Shown: positions 11,927 through 24,330 of the stretch, piece after piece | How positions within the stretch are numbered: the stretch's first letter is position 1 | How the letters are laid out: every line of letters starts with the position of its first letter | Assembly (NCBI RefSeq): GCF_006345805.1 | Contig: NC_043011.1 | Span: forward strand, 13,342,464-13,406,463 | Direction: 5' to 3' | DNA from: Octopus sinensis | Taxonomy: Eukaryota | DNA length: 64,000 nucleotides | The notes under the pieces: model-generated | The model's input: the letters and a program-made list of their open reading frames with translations, nothing else | Database searches by the model: none | What the model was told of the DNA's origin: nothing | Translations under genes and position numbers: made by a program

Positions 11927-12613
11927 CCTCCTTCTTTCCTGAGCGTCCAATAACACTATACTTGTTCCACGTCCTCGCGTTGTTGTGTTTTCTCTTTGTG
12001 TTTTCATGTTTGGATTAACCTTATATATATACAGGTAAATAGTGTAGGTAAATAGTTCAGGTGCGAACATTACAATTCTGAAATTTAGTAACGATTTAAT
12101 AATTGTTATTGACAGCTCCTGTAATTACTTTATAAAATGAGCATTCAACTTCTTTTGATACTGTTAACCTTTACATTCTGTTGACTTGTCTCCATGGGGG
12201 GCATTGTTGATCTGTTTTGATCAGTCATTAGAGAAAATTTTCTTCATCTGATTTTTTTGGTGTAAAATGTGGTAATGTCTTATGGAATAGTGCTGGTACC
12301 TGTACTAAATATCACTTGCTCTCATTCAGTGCACAATATTTTGTTAAATGGTTGACCCAGATAGACAATCACATTTCTATAAGGAATTTACATCAATAAT
12401 TACGGATAATTCTTTTGTGGGGAGAAAAAAATAATTTCAATTTAAAAAAATGTTTGTATACTTTATATACCGTTTTCACAAGTTAAGGCCAAATTAGTAA
12501 CATATTTTTTAAACATTCCATTATTGAAGAGTAGGAAGTATTTCTTGACATACTGCATGTACATGCAAGCAAATATGCTATACTTAAAAAAATAAAAATA
12601 AAATACACACATA

Positions 12614-13013
12614 GGCGCAGGAGTGGCTGTGTGGTAAGTAGCCTGCTTACCAACTGCATGGTTCTGGGTTCAGTCCCACTGCGTGGCACCTTGGGCAAGT
12701 GTCTTCTTCTATAGCCTCAGGCCGACCAAAGCCTTGTGAGTGGATTTGGTAGACGGAAACTGAAAGAAGCCTGTTGTATATATGTATATATATATGTGTG
12801 CGTGTATGTTTGTGTGTCTGTGTTTGTCCCCCTAGCGTTGCTTGACAACCGATGCTGGTGTGTTTATGTCCCCGTCACTTAGTGGTTCGGCAAAAGAGAC
12901 CGATAGAATAAGTACTGCACTTACAAAGAATAAGTTCCGGGGTCGATTTGCTCGACTAAAGGCGTTGCTCCAGCATGGTCACAGTCAAATGACTGAAACA
13001 AGTAAAAGAGTAA
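12614..13013 (+). mobile_element. SINE family A, full length
   Basis: GGCGCAGGAGTGGCTGTGTGG ... AAGTAAAAGAGTAAAA. Confidence 0.9.
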
Positions 13014-13277
13014 AATACTGTACATATGCACACACACACACACACAAATAGATAATCATCATCATCATAATGACCACTTTTCAATCCTGGCTTTTCTCCA
13101 AACATTTTCATTCTGTATCATTCCTTCTGTGAGTCCCAATATTCTAAAATCTCTCGTAACCGTCCCTAAGTCTTCTTCAATCTCTTTTACTGCCTGTAGT
13201 TTCCACCACTAACTTCACCAACTGTACATTATCCATTTATGTTACATCCCTATACCAACCATCACAATCTTATTCAA

Positions 13278-13437
13278 GTGGAAGATGCACGGGTACAATA
13301 AACACTAAAAATGTACAGAAAATAGATTCCATCGACTACCAGTTGGGTAAGCTAGAGGTAGTTGATAGCTTCCTTTATTTAGGCGACCAAGTCAGTAGCG
13401 GAGGTGGATGTTCTGAGAGCATAGCTGCGAGAATAAA
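13278..13437 (+). mobile_element. Internal fragment of the PHD-RTE LINE family
   Basis: Translates GRCTGTINTKNVQKIDS...LEVVDSFLYLGDQVSSGGGCSESIAARIK, homologous to ORF 19552-21762. Confidence 0.8.
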
Positions 13438-13626
13438 AACGGTGGAATTTGAACTCAGAACATAAAGATGGACAAAATGCCTCCAAGTATTTTGCCTGGT
13501 GTGTTAACAATTCCGCCATCTTGCTGCTCTATTGTATTGATAATATATTATATTAAATGTTCGTTATATTTAGAGTCAACATAATTTATGTCCCATGAGA
13601 GACATGATTAGAATTTTTAGGTTGTA

Positions 13627-14002
13627 GGCGTAGATGTGGCTGTGTGGTAAGTAGCTTGCTTACTAACCACATGGTTCCGGGTTCAGTCCCACTGCATGGC
13701 ATCTTGGGCAAGTGTCTTCTACTATAGCCTCGGGCTGACCAACAAAGCCTTGTGACTGGATTTGGTAGACGGAAACTGAAAGAAGCCCGTCTATATATGT
13801 ATATATATATGTATGTGTATGTCTGTGTTTGTCCACCCCCACCCAACCCCAACATCGCTTGACAACCGATGGTGGTGTATTTACATCCCTGTAACCTAGC
13901 GGTTCGGTAAAAGGGACCGATAAAAGTCCTGGGGTCGATTTGCATGACTAAAGGCGGTGCTTCAGCATGGCCACAGTCAAATGACTGAAACAAGTAAAAG
14001 AG
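13627..14002 (+). mobile_element. SINE family A, full length
   Basis: Same consensus as the copy at 12614. Confidence 0.9.
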
Positions 14003-14357
14003 TTGTGTCTTTTTCAGGTTTGCTTGTGGATACAGATGGAATTTGTATGTGATCTAAACCGTATCCACTCCCAATCAGTGTACCATGATATTCATGTCTG
14101 TCAAATGTATTTAAGATCCAGAAATGATCTGTTACTACTCTGCTCTAGACGCAAAATATTTTTATTTTCTTAGTTGCAGGCAGTAAAATAAGATATTGGT
14201 TGAGGACTAACATTATTTTAATTACTAACTACAGAAGACCACCCTTGATACAGTTTTAAAGACTCAAACAAATTCAATTTGTCTATATCTAATTTTTGTT
14301 TGTTTTAAATATTTAAACATTTTTTTCTACCCAACTTTTGAAACTTTTTATTTACAG

Positions 14358-14541
14358 TGGGGCTCAATAGCTTTGAAGAACATGCAGATTATACCCCCAG
14401 GTTCTGGAATTGTACATCAAGTGAATTTAGAATATCTCGCAAGGGTTGTTTTTAGCAGTAATGGTATGCTGTATCCTGATTCCGTAGTTGGGACTGATTC
14501 TCATACCACTATGGTGAACGGCCTTGGTGTAGTAGGCTGGG
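14358..14541 (+). CDS. ACO1: ACO1 exon ([32 protein letters not shown]...[23 protein letters not shown])
   Basis: TTTACAG| ... G|GTAAG, 184 nt; substrate-binding GIVHQVNLE and DSHT motifs. Confidence 0.98.
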
Positions 14542-14738
14542 GTAAGTTTATAACTAAAATTTTATAATTGTTACGCAGTATATTATATGATCTTTGTTGT
14601 TCTTATTCTTTGGATGGTGTTTGATTTTTTTTTCTTTTGTTCAAATGTTTTCTTTTTGCTTTCTTTTTGATCCCTTGCCATAATATTTGTAACAATCTCA
14701 GTTGGTTTGTTGGGAAAAAGTTGACTGACTATTATCTC

Positions 14739-15147
14739 AGATCTTTTCGGTTTCAACGGCAGTTTTTTCTAGCGGTGTCATGAAATTGTCACCCATAATT
14801 ATGACCCTAGAATCGATCTATTGCATTTCAATCTGTTTTAGGGTTAGGGGTGGGGGAAGGGTATCTTTTTTTTCTTCACAAATGTAAATAAACCCAATCT
14901 GTTTCTTAAACGAGGGACATATTCATACGGCACAGAATGCTTTTTAACTCAATAGATGTCACTGATTGGTTGAAATTGCAGAAAGTGAAGAAAAAAAATA
15001 GCAAATATCTTACAAACTATAGAATTTTCTCAATAAAGCCAAGAGAAAAAGATGTTTTATAAACACATTCTACCAGTATACGAAGTTTAAAAGTGTTTAG
15101 TTACCTAGAAATTATGTTAAAAACTGCCGTTCAAACCGAAAATATCC
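14739..15147 (+). mobile_element. Merlin-like non-autonomous DNA transposon
   Basis: Same family as 8518; TTATCTC flanks both ends. Confidence 0.8.
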
Positions 15148-15679
15148 TTATCTCTTCTCTCCAAAGCTGTATCCAGTACCAGTTAGTATTACATCAACTA
15201 CTGGAGGTGTTTCATACAGGTCATACAGATAGCCTTGGGATATTTCTGAGAGTCCATCACACATTCAGTTACATCTACTGGTGGATTGAAGAGCAGAAGT
15301 ATCTGAATTCACTCTTGAATGACTTCCCACAACTGCAAAGGATGTCATGAAATTCTTAGTGTGTTCATTACTTGTGCTGGCTTTTACTTCAGTCGGCAGA
15401 AATTCTCTTGACTATTCTTGACCGCAAATCTATTTCACCTTTGACCTCTCTATAGCAGAAAAGTAGGTGACTGATGCAACCCTCATAGATATGTTGTTTT
15501 ATATCCCCAACCCTGCCAAATTATTCACTCTCAGTTCTACAGAACAACACTGCCTCCAACACTTGGAAACAGTTATAAACCATCCACTAACTAAGAGTTC
15601 TACACATCATTTTGATGCTTACAAAATAACCATAAAGGAAAGTAAAAATTGTCCGATGGCATCACTTTGTCTACAACAA

Positions 15680-16060
15680 TTCAGTGCAACACCAGTGCAG
15701 AATCACCTCCCTCCAACAAGTCATCCTAACAAGACGTCTGTGTTGGCTGGGTCATGCCCTCCATTGTCAGCCAGGAGAATTCATCTATGAAGCAATTGCC
15801 CCAGCTCCCCTTCAGGGTTGGCGAAAGCGATGTGGTGGACAACGAAAAACCTGGCTGATGACAGTCAAGGCTGATCTGGAACCCAACCTAGGCCCCCATA
15901 TCTACAGCGTTCGTTGCTAGAATAAAGAGTGGTTGTAGATCACACGGTCGTTAGCCTCAAATTGCCAGGTCTGGTCGGCGTTTGTGAGAGATGCAGCATT
16001 GAGGATGAATGAAGCCAGCTCAGCCCACCCAGGGTGAATGCTGTAAGAAGAAGAAGAAAG
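15680..16060 (+). mobile_element. RTE-clade LINE 3' end (second family)
   Basis: RRLCWLGHA...GGQRKTWLMTVKADL C-terminal motif with an (AAG)n tail; paralogous copy at 50790-51064. Confidence 0.75.
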
Positions 16061-17432
16061 TAAAAATTGCTCTTAAATCACATGACCTTCAAAACTTTCT
16101 GAGGAATCAATCTTTAAAAGTATCATTTCTATTGATAAAGCCTCTACATTTGCTGTCCATTTTGCTTCCAATTCTACATTGCTTACACATAAAATCTCTC
16201 TTGAAATCCCTTCACCAAACTCAGCTGTTTTATCATGTTCACTTAGACTCCAAGTTAGGAAGCTTTACTGGTCAACAAGGCAACTAGTCGCGACTATGTG
16301 TATTAGTTTGGTGAAAATAACAGCTAGCTCGGCATTTCCCTCTCTACAAACATCTATACTAAACTCTGTAAACATACAACAGTATATGTTACTTTGCTTT
16401 CAACGTTTGAATGGTGGTGGAATCATAAACTGTTACATCATCATTTTTTTTTCTCTTTTGTCGTTGACTGTCACTACAGTTTCCACACAACCATATTTAG
16501 AAAAGTTCTTTCCTACATCATCCTCAAGTCTTTTTTTTTTTAATAACTAACCTAAAAGTATTGTTATTGCTCTTGATATCAGCATGTCTTGTATGAAAAC
16601 CTCCTGGCTAAGTTATTCCCCATCTCTTGAGTCAAAAGTTTACTGTCAGACTATCATAACATTTGTATCAACCTATCTGGGCAGTGTGATCAGTTGTTAA
16701 TGAAGGTTAGAAAGTGATGTGAACAGTAAACTTGGTAAAGCAGGAATTGTATTCCACTGCATGTGCTGCATTTGGACAACAATAAGCATCACTACTGTCA
16801 TGAAAATTCAATAACATACTGCAGGAGTTCTTCCAACGGTTCTATATGTCAGTTAAGGTGGCCATGGTGCTTGATGGTGAACATTTTCAGAGTCATTTAC
16901 TGAAGAAATTCTTACTTATTAGAAATTTTTCTGCAAAGTAAATTTCAGTAAATTGCAAAACATTGTGGTGCTGCAACAGTTGTACCTGACAGGTGACATT
17001 TGGTGCAGCAGATTGTGTCTGTCTCTCAGTGCCAAAGACCTAAGCTTAAGTGTACATCATAGCTGAAATAATTGTTTTTATTTTGTGTGTGTGTGCAGAT
17101 GAGGGGTTAAGTGATGAAATTAACTCCATTACTTGACTGGTAGAAACTTGGTTAAACCGGGAGAGGTGGAAAATAAAGTTGACCTTGGTGGAATCAACCT
17201 GATACTCGACTGGTACTTTATTTTATTGGCTCCAGGTGGTATGTAAAGCACAGGTAAGCTTGGTGGGATTTAAACACAAAACTTAAAGAGCCATAATAAG
17301 TACTGCAAGGCATTTTGTTTAACATTCTAATAATTCTACCAATCCATAATAATTGCATTTCGAAATATTAGAGTAAAATATAAATTAATTCTGCCAAAAT
17401 ATAATTTCATCATAAACTGAAATATAATAGTC

Positions 17433-17834
17433 TCTCTTTTCTCTTTTACTTGTTTCAGTCATTTGACTGCGGCCATGCTGGAGCACCGCCTTTTTTTTTT
17501 AGTCGAGCAAATTGACCCCAGGACTTATTCTTTGTGAGCCTAGTACTTATACTATTGGTCTCTTTTGCTGAACCGCTAAGTTACGGCGACGTAAACACAC
17601 CAGCATCGGTTGTCAAGCGATGTTGGGGGGACAAACACAGACACACATATATGCATACATGTACATATATACGACTGGCTTCTCTCAGTTTCCGTCTACC
17701 AAATCCACTCACAAGGCTTTGGTCGGCCCGAGGTTATAGTAGAAGACACTTGCCCAAGGTGCCACACAGTGGGACTGAACCCAGAACCATGTGGTTGGTA
17801 AACATGCTACATACCACACAGCCACTCCTGCGCC
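17433..17834 (-). mobile_element. SINE family A, full length
   Basis: Reverse complement of the consensus. Confidence 0.9.
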
Positions 17835-18342
17835 TATAATAGCATCACTTTTCATAATCCTCTCTACTTCGTCAGTCATTGAATGGCCATAACCTTGTTA
17901 TTCTCTTTTACAATGTCTTAAAAACCGCTTTAAATCCTCTAAATTTAATATCTTCTTCTGTATCACATTCTCCTTAGAATAGATCCCATTTGTTTTATCT
18001 GATTTCTTTGCAGATGTGGAAACTCTCCAATTCCTATTATTCAGCTTTTAATGGTATATCGGTTTACCTCAAGTACTAAAAGAACTGTTTGTTGGGCCAT
18101 GCTTGTCCATACATCCAGCTATTGTGCTATAAACGGCTGCACTCACTAAGTTTACTGAGCAATTTCCTGGAATTCACAATTTCAGTTCATTGAGATTTCA
18201 GCCTGTAGTGCTTGTGGAATTCAAACACTTAAAAGTGTCAGAGCACAATTAGCTTGTTAAGGCTACTGCTGTATTGCTTTAAGTAGTGTAGAATTTATAC
18301 TTCACATTTGTAGTGTTTATCAGCACACACATAGACACATAA

Positions 18343-18466
18343 TATACAAGAATGTGGTTGACGGTGGCTTCAAACTTTCAGCCAGGTAAACCATCATCGG
18401 GCTGCAATTTGACAATGGCTTAGCTGGCTGAAACTTTGAAGTCACTATCAACAACATTCTTGTATA
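18343..18466. repeat. ~124-nt imperfect fold-back hairpin
   Basis: TATACAAGAATGTGGTTGACGGTGGCTTCAAA..TTTCAGCCAG pairs with CTGGCTGAAA..TTTGAAGTCACTATCAACAACATTCTTGTATA. Confidence 0.85.
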
Positions 18467-19263
18467 CTCTTACTCTTTTACTCTTTTACTTGTTTCAGTC
18501 ATTTGACTGCGGCCATGCTGGAGCACCGCCTTTAGTCGACCAAATCGACCCCAGGACTTATTCTTTGTAAGCCCAGTACTTATTCTATCGGTCTCTTTTG
18601 CCGAACCGCTAAGTGACGGGGATGTAAACACACCAGCATCGGTTGTCAAGCAATGCTAGGGGGACAAACACACAAACACATACACACACATACATATATA
18701 TCTCTCTCTATATAAACGGCAGTTTGTCTGTGTGTGTTTCTGTGTGTCTGTTTGGTTGTACCCTCACCCTGACCACGGCTTTCAACCGATTCTGATGAAA
18801 CTTGACACACACATAGCCCAATGTCATAATTCAAAACTAACGCAGCGAAAAATTTGAAAAGTTCCCCCAGTTCTGAAAAAAAATCGATAAATTCGACATG
18901 GGGTCGAGAATCAGAAACACAAACCACAGACTGTCTAGGGGACGCAACTCGACCTTTTTAACTCTCAAAAAAAAATTTACCATAGTTTTTTTTCCATTTT
19001 TTTTCTATTTTTTGGCTATAACTCTCTAAAAATGCTTTATAGTTATTTCCCTTACAAACCTGAGCAACGCCAGGCGATACTGCTAGTATATACATATATA
19101 TACGACAGGCTTCTTTCAGTTTCCATCTATCAAATCCACTCACAAGGCATTGGTCGGCCCGGGGCTATAGCAGAAGACACTTGCCCAAGATGCCACGCAG
19201 TGGGACTGAACCCGGAACCATGTGGTTGGTTAGCAAGCTACTTACCACACAGCCACTCCTGCG
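18466..19263 (-). mobile_element. SINE family A interrupted by a Helitron
   Basis: SINE halves at 18466-18700 and 19087-19263. Confidence 0.85.
18701..19086 (+). mobile_element. Non-autonomous Helitron
   Basis: A|TC...CTAG|T, no TSD, subterminal GAGCAACGCCAGGCG hairpin; inserted in the SINE microsatellite. Confidence 0.85.
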
Positions 19264-19306
19264 TGTATGAATAATAAATTTGTATCTACAAAATTATAGA
19301 GTGTAT

Positions 19307-21720
19307 TCATCATCATCATCATCATCATCATCATCGTTTAACGTCCGCTTTCCGCGCTAGCACGGGTTGGACGGTTCGACCGGGTCTGGGAAGCCAGGGG
19401 CCGCTCCAGGCTCCAGTCTGAATCTGGCAGAGTTTCTACGGCTGGATGCCCTTCCTAACGCCAACCACTCCGTGAGTGGATTGGGTGCTTTTTACGTGCC
19501 ACCTGCACAGGGGCCGGAGGGTCCGGCATCGTCACGATCGGTTCGAGCATTTTAACGTGTCAGCGGCACGGGGGCAACGAGGTCCGGGGTACTTTGGGGA
19601 TCCAGGGTACTTTGGGGATCCGGGGTACTTAGAATGGGTAGGGGGTATGTGGAATTGCTGCAGAAAGCAGCCCGGGTCTTTGTAGTCACAGCATATCTCC
19701 AGAGATCTCGGTCCTTCGCCATTGCCTCAGTGAGGCCCAATGCTCTGAGGTCATGCTTGACCACCTCATCCCATGTCTTCCTGGGTCTACCTCTCCCCCT
19801 GATACCTTCAACTGTTTGGGAGTGGCACTTCTTCACACATCTCTCTTCATCCATCCGCAGCACATGACCATACCATCGCAAGCGTCGCTCTTGCATACCA
19901 CATCTGATGCTTCTTATATCCAGCATTTCTCTCAGGATACTTACACTCTGTTTTGCGTGCACACTGACACTACACATCCAGCGGATCATGCTAGCTTCCT
20001 TTCTTTCAAGTCTACGCATGTCTTCTGCAGTCACAGCCCATGTTTCATTACCGTGAAGCATGGCAGTTCGCACACATGTATCATACAATCTACCTTTTTC
20101 TCTGAGGGAGAGACCTTTTGTTGCCAGTAGGGATAGGAGCTTTCTGAACTTTGCCCAGGCTATTCGTATTCTAGTGGTGATACTCTCTGTGCATCCACCT
20201 CCGCTACTAACTTGGTCACCCAGGTAGCGGAAACTATCAACGACTTCTAGTTTCTCTCCCTGGAGTGTGATGGAATCTGTTTTCTGAGTGTCTGTTGTGT
20301 CTATTGTCCCTGTGCATCTGCCGCACATGAAAGCTATCTTATCTGTTAATTTCCCTTTAATGTTGCTGCACCTCTTATGTGTCCATAACTTACATTGGGT
20401 GCATCTTATGGAGTTTCTACCTGTACCTTTCCTACAGGTTGAGCAGGGCCACCTACCCGAGGGGATGTGTGCTGAGTACCTCTTGCTGCTTACTAATACT
20501 TTGGTCTTTGCTACATTTATTCTAAGGCCCTTTGATTCCAACCCTTGCTTCCACACCCGAAATTTCTCTTCTAGTTCCGGTAGTGATTCTGCTATGAGAG
20601 CTAGGTCATCAGCATAGAGGAGCTCCCAGGGGCATCCCGTTTTGAATTCCTCTGTTATTGCCTGAAGGTCTATGATGAATAAAAGGGGACTGAGGGCTGA
20701 GCCCTGGTGCACACCTACTTCTACCCGGAATTCTTCACTATATTCGTTGCCAATCCTAACCTTGCTGACAGCCTCTCTGTATAGAGCCTGTACAGCCCTT
20801 ATTAGCCTTTCTTCAATCTCCAGTTTCCGCATCGACCACCAGATAAGGGAACGGGGAACCCTGTCAAAGGCTTTCTCCAAGTCTACAAAAGCTATGTAGA
20901 GGGGTTTATCTTTAGCTAGGTACTTCTCCTGCAGTTGTCGGACCAGGAATATAGCATCAGTGGTGCTTCTACCTGGTACAAAACCGAACTGCATTTCATC
21001 TAAACAAATTCTCTCCCTAATGAGATTGGTTATGACCTTCTCTGAGACCTTCATCACCTGGTCCAACAGTTTGATACCTCTGTAGTTATTTCTATCTAGA
21101 GCATCACCCTTACCCTTGTAGCAGTTGACTATGGTGCTGCTGCACCAGTCATTGGGTATGACTCCATTGTGAACTACCTGGTTTACAATGCGGGTGACTA
21201 TGGCATAGCCCACATAGCCAGCTGTTTTAAGCATCTCAGCAGTGATTCCTGATAGGCCAGGGGCTTTGCCTGGTTTCATATCCTTAATTGCCTTATCTAC
21301 AAGGGAGCTGTCTATTCGGGTAGCTGGTCCCTCTACTGGGTCAACATTTGGCAGGCTCTCCTCCCATTCATTCTCCTCCTTCAGCAGTCTTTCATAATGG
21401 CTTCTCCAAGCCTCTTTCTTTTCACTAGTAGTAAAAGCAAGTGCCCCATCATCCATGCGGACACATTTCTCTCCTATAACATCGCTATTTTCTCTGACAC
21501 ACTGTCTGGCAATCCGAAATACTTCAGCTCTTTGATCCTCGCGACGCTGGACATTGGCAAACTTCTTCTTTTCTGCTACATCTTTGGCAATGTATACCTG
21601 CCGCCCAGCCTCCCTTTTGGCTATCTGGTACAGTTCCCTGCTGCCCCCATCCTTCCAGGCTTTCCAGGCCCGTCTCTTTTCACAGATGGCTTTATCTACT
21701 GCACTATTCCACCACCACGA
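19307..21720 (-). mobile_element. 5'-truncated RTE-clade LINE; intact ~720-codon ORF2 segment (RT + PHD-like finger), 3' UTR and (GAT)n tail
   Basis: RT motifs NYRGIKLL, QFGF, DLEKAFD, GVHQGSALSP, YADD, FRYLG, RRLRWYGH, RGRPRKTW; no endonuclease domain. Confidence 0.95.
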
Positions 21721-21820
21721 TATATATATATATAATAATGATATTAGGGAGTATAACTCCAAACTTACAGGGAAAAATCAGATTTAGTATTAAATCAAAT
21801 TTCACAGTATAAATATATAA

Positions 21821-22197
21821 AATATGAATTAGAGATAAAACCACTATTATGCAACTCAAACAGTGATAGACATAAACCAATACATAAATAACAAATAATA
21901 TAAATATAATTAATATAGTATATAATATATATATATATAATTTTTTTTTCCAAAAAGTATAAAAAGAATGATAAATATAATATAATATAATAAGTAATAA
22001 TATATTAAGTAAAATAATAAGTAAAAACACATTATACTTATATTATATTTATCATTCTTTTTATACTTTTTGGGAAAAAAATTATATGTATATTATATAT
22101 TATATTAATTATATTTATATTATTTGTTATTTATGTATTGGTTTATGTCTATCACTGTTTGAGTTGTCTAATAGTGGTTTTATCTCTAATTCATATT
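21821..22197. repeat. AT-rich fold-back with ~165-bp arms at the LINE 5' junction
   Basis: AATATGAATTAGAGATAAAACCACTATTA..CAACTCAAACAGTGATAGACATAAACCAATAC... is mirrored at about 22035-22197. Confidence 0.9.
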
Positions 22198-22726
22198 ATA
22201 TATATATATATATATGCTGCTGTTTGACATCAACTGAAACTAGAGTATAGTACAAACAGTCAAGTTTTTTGTACATAATTTCGCCATACATAAGTTTTCA
22301 TCCAAGGCATTCCAACCATAATTCTTCCATCTTTTTATTAACATATTCTTACTAGAAATCCATTATCCAGTGTTTTGTTTTAAAAATTTTTTTTACCTTT
22401 TTAGTATGATGAGTTATGACACGAAAGGGATTTGGCTGCTATTTCTAACAGCTGAAGTGATTATGTTGAGGCTTTGTCTTATTGATTAGTGTTTGAAATT
22501 CAAGACAATCTAGGTCAACTTTTGTATTGTAACTTAAATGATAAATATGTTTAACTCCTTTGGATACCCTACAAGGAATTAGTTTCTTATCTTAAAATAA
22601 AAATCACTTGTTTTACATCTTAAAATCAAGATTCTTGCTTTATGATAACTTTATGATTCCATTTTAGTTCCTTTTTTTTTTCTTTGCTTTCAGTTGCATC
22701 AGTTAGTCTTCTTTCCTATTGTAGTA

Positions 22727-23087
22727 CTGTTTTTAGTCATTTGACTGCAGCCATGCTGGAGCACTGCCTTCGTCAAAGAAACTGACCCCAGGACTTATTG
22801 TTTGTAAACTTAGTATTTATTCTATCAGTCGCTTTTGCTAGACTGCTAAGTTACAGAGACATAAACACACCGACATCAGATGACAAGAGATGGAGGGGTG
22901 TAAACAGACACACACACACACATATATTTGTGTGTGGGCTTCTTTCAGTTTCTGTCTACCAAACCCATTCACAAGGCTTTGGTTGGCTCTCAGCTATAGT
23001 AAATGACACTTAAACAAGATGCCATGCAGTGGCACTGAACCTGGAACAATGTGGTTGGCAAGCAAGCATCTTACCACACAGCCACAC
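22727..23087 (-). mobile_element. SINE family A, diverged
   Basis: Reverse-complement consensus with substitutions. Confidence 0.8.
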
Positions 23088-23556
23088 TTTAGAATAGAAA
23101 GTTTGATTTATTATTGCAGGTGCAAATAGCAATGATAATACCTTTTAGAAAGTATTAAAATGAGTTAGTACATAGTAAATGATATTTAACGAGTAATTCA
23201 ACTGACTCATGGAAAATTGGTGAATGTTGACTCTAATGTCATTATTAGAAGAGGACACAATAAAAGAGTTTCCTGTTGCCTTCTCCAGACTTACTGAAGT
23301 ACTTGAGTTTAGTATAGCAAGTAGTGAACTGTAATTCCACATAGTACTAAAAGTGGGAGGATTAGTTCATTCATAAATAAGAATCTTTACAAGGGGTTAC
23401 AGGATATAGTGCTGCCAATGATGGAAGCTTCAACCTTATAACAGGCAAGATTAGAGTCTTATGAACTCCGCTGACTAACACTTGTTTTGTATCAATTATT
23501 TATAAAAGCAATTAAGTTGTCTAATTTTCTCTAGAGTCAAATATGATTTATTTTAG

Positions 23557-23696
23557 GTGTCGGTGGCATTGAAGCAGAGGCTGTCATGCTTGGTCAATCA
23601 ATTAGTATGGTGCTTCCGAAAGTTGTTGGTTACAAATTGATTGGTGAACTTGATCAATACACAACATCCACTGACGTGGTCCTTACAATTACTAAG
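23557..23696 (+). CDS. ACO1: ACO1 exon ([46 protein letters not shown])
   Basis: TTTTAG| ... AAG|GTAAT, 140 nt, phase 1-0. Confidence 0.98.
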
Positions 23697-23859
23697 GTAA
23701 TTCATACATTTCTATTTCTATATATTTTTATTACTTGTTTTTCTAAAAAAAAAAAAAGTCGTTTGTATTGAGTCTGGCTGGCCTGAATAAATACAAATAA
23801 CTTTTGATAGTTTATATAATATATATATATATAATATATATATATAATATAATATATAA

Positions 23860-24330
23860 TGAAATTATTGCATACAGTGCTCAGGTGCACCACAACCTGT
23901 CAAAAAGCGCATATTAAGTATAAGAAGTAATGTACAAATGTCTGGAGAGCGAACAATGTATGAATCAGATACATGCTTGCGTGTGTATGGAGGGGAGAAA
24001 ATCAGGTGTTGTGTTGGCGAATCTCAGAAAGCATGGAAGTTTTGAAGGATGCAGTGCTCCGACAACTAACAACTGATGCCGGCAGTTTGTTCCATACTTC
24101 AGCAACTCTTAGCGTGAAAAAATGTTTCCAAAAGTCATGGGAGCTGTGCTGTTTTCTGACTTTGTTAACATGTCCATGGGTGTTAGACAGATGGAGTTTG
24201 AAAAGGTGCTCAGAGTTATTGTTTGTAAGATGGTTGATAATTTTATGGGTGTCTGCCAAGTCAGCTGCCAGACATTGGAGTTTCAATGTATCCATGCCCA
24301 GGGAAGTAAGGCGTTCAGAATATGGCAAAT
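23860..24330 (-). mobile_element. CR1/L2-type LINE 3' end
   Basis: YSERLTSLGMDTL...DL..THKII...FFTLRVAEVWNKLP, a typical CR1/L2 ORF2 C-terminus. Confidence 0.8.

Noticed and set aside
12614-12690. tRNA genes at SINE heads
   Set aside because: A/B boxes are present but the cloverleaf is imperfect, and each continues into a SINE body and tail.
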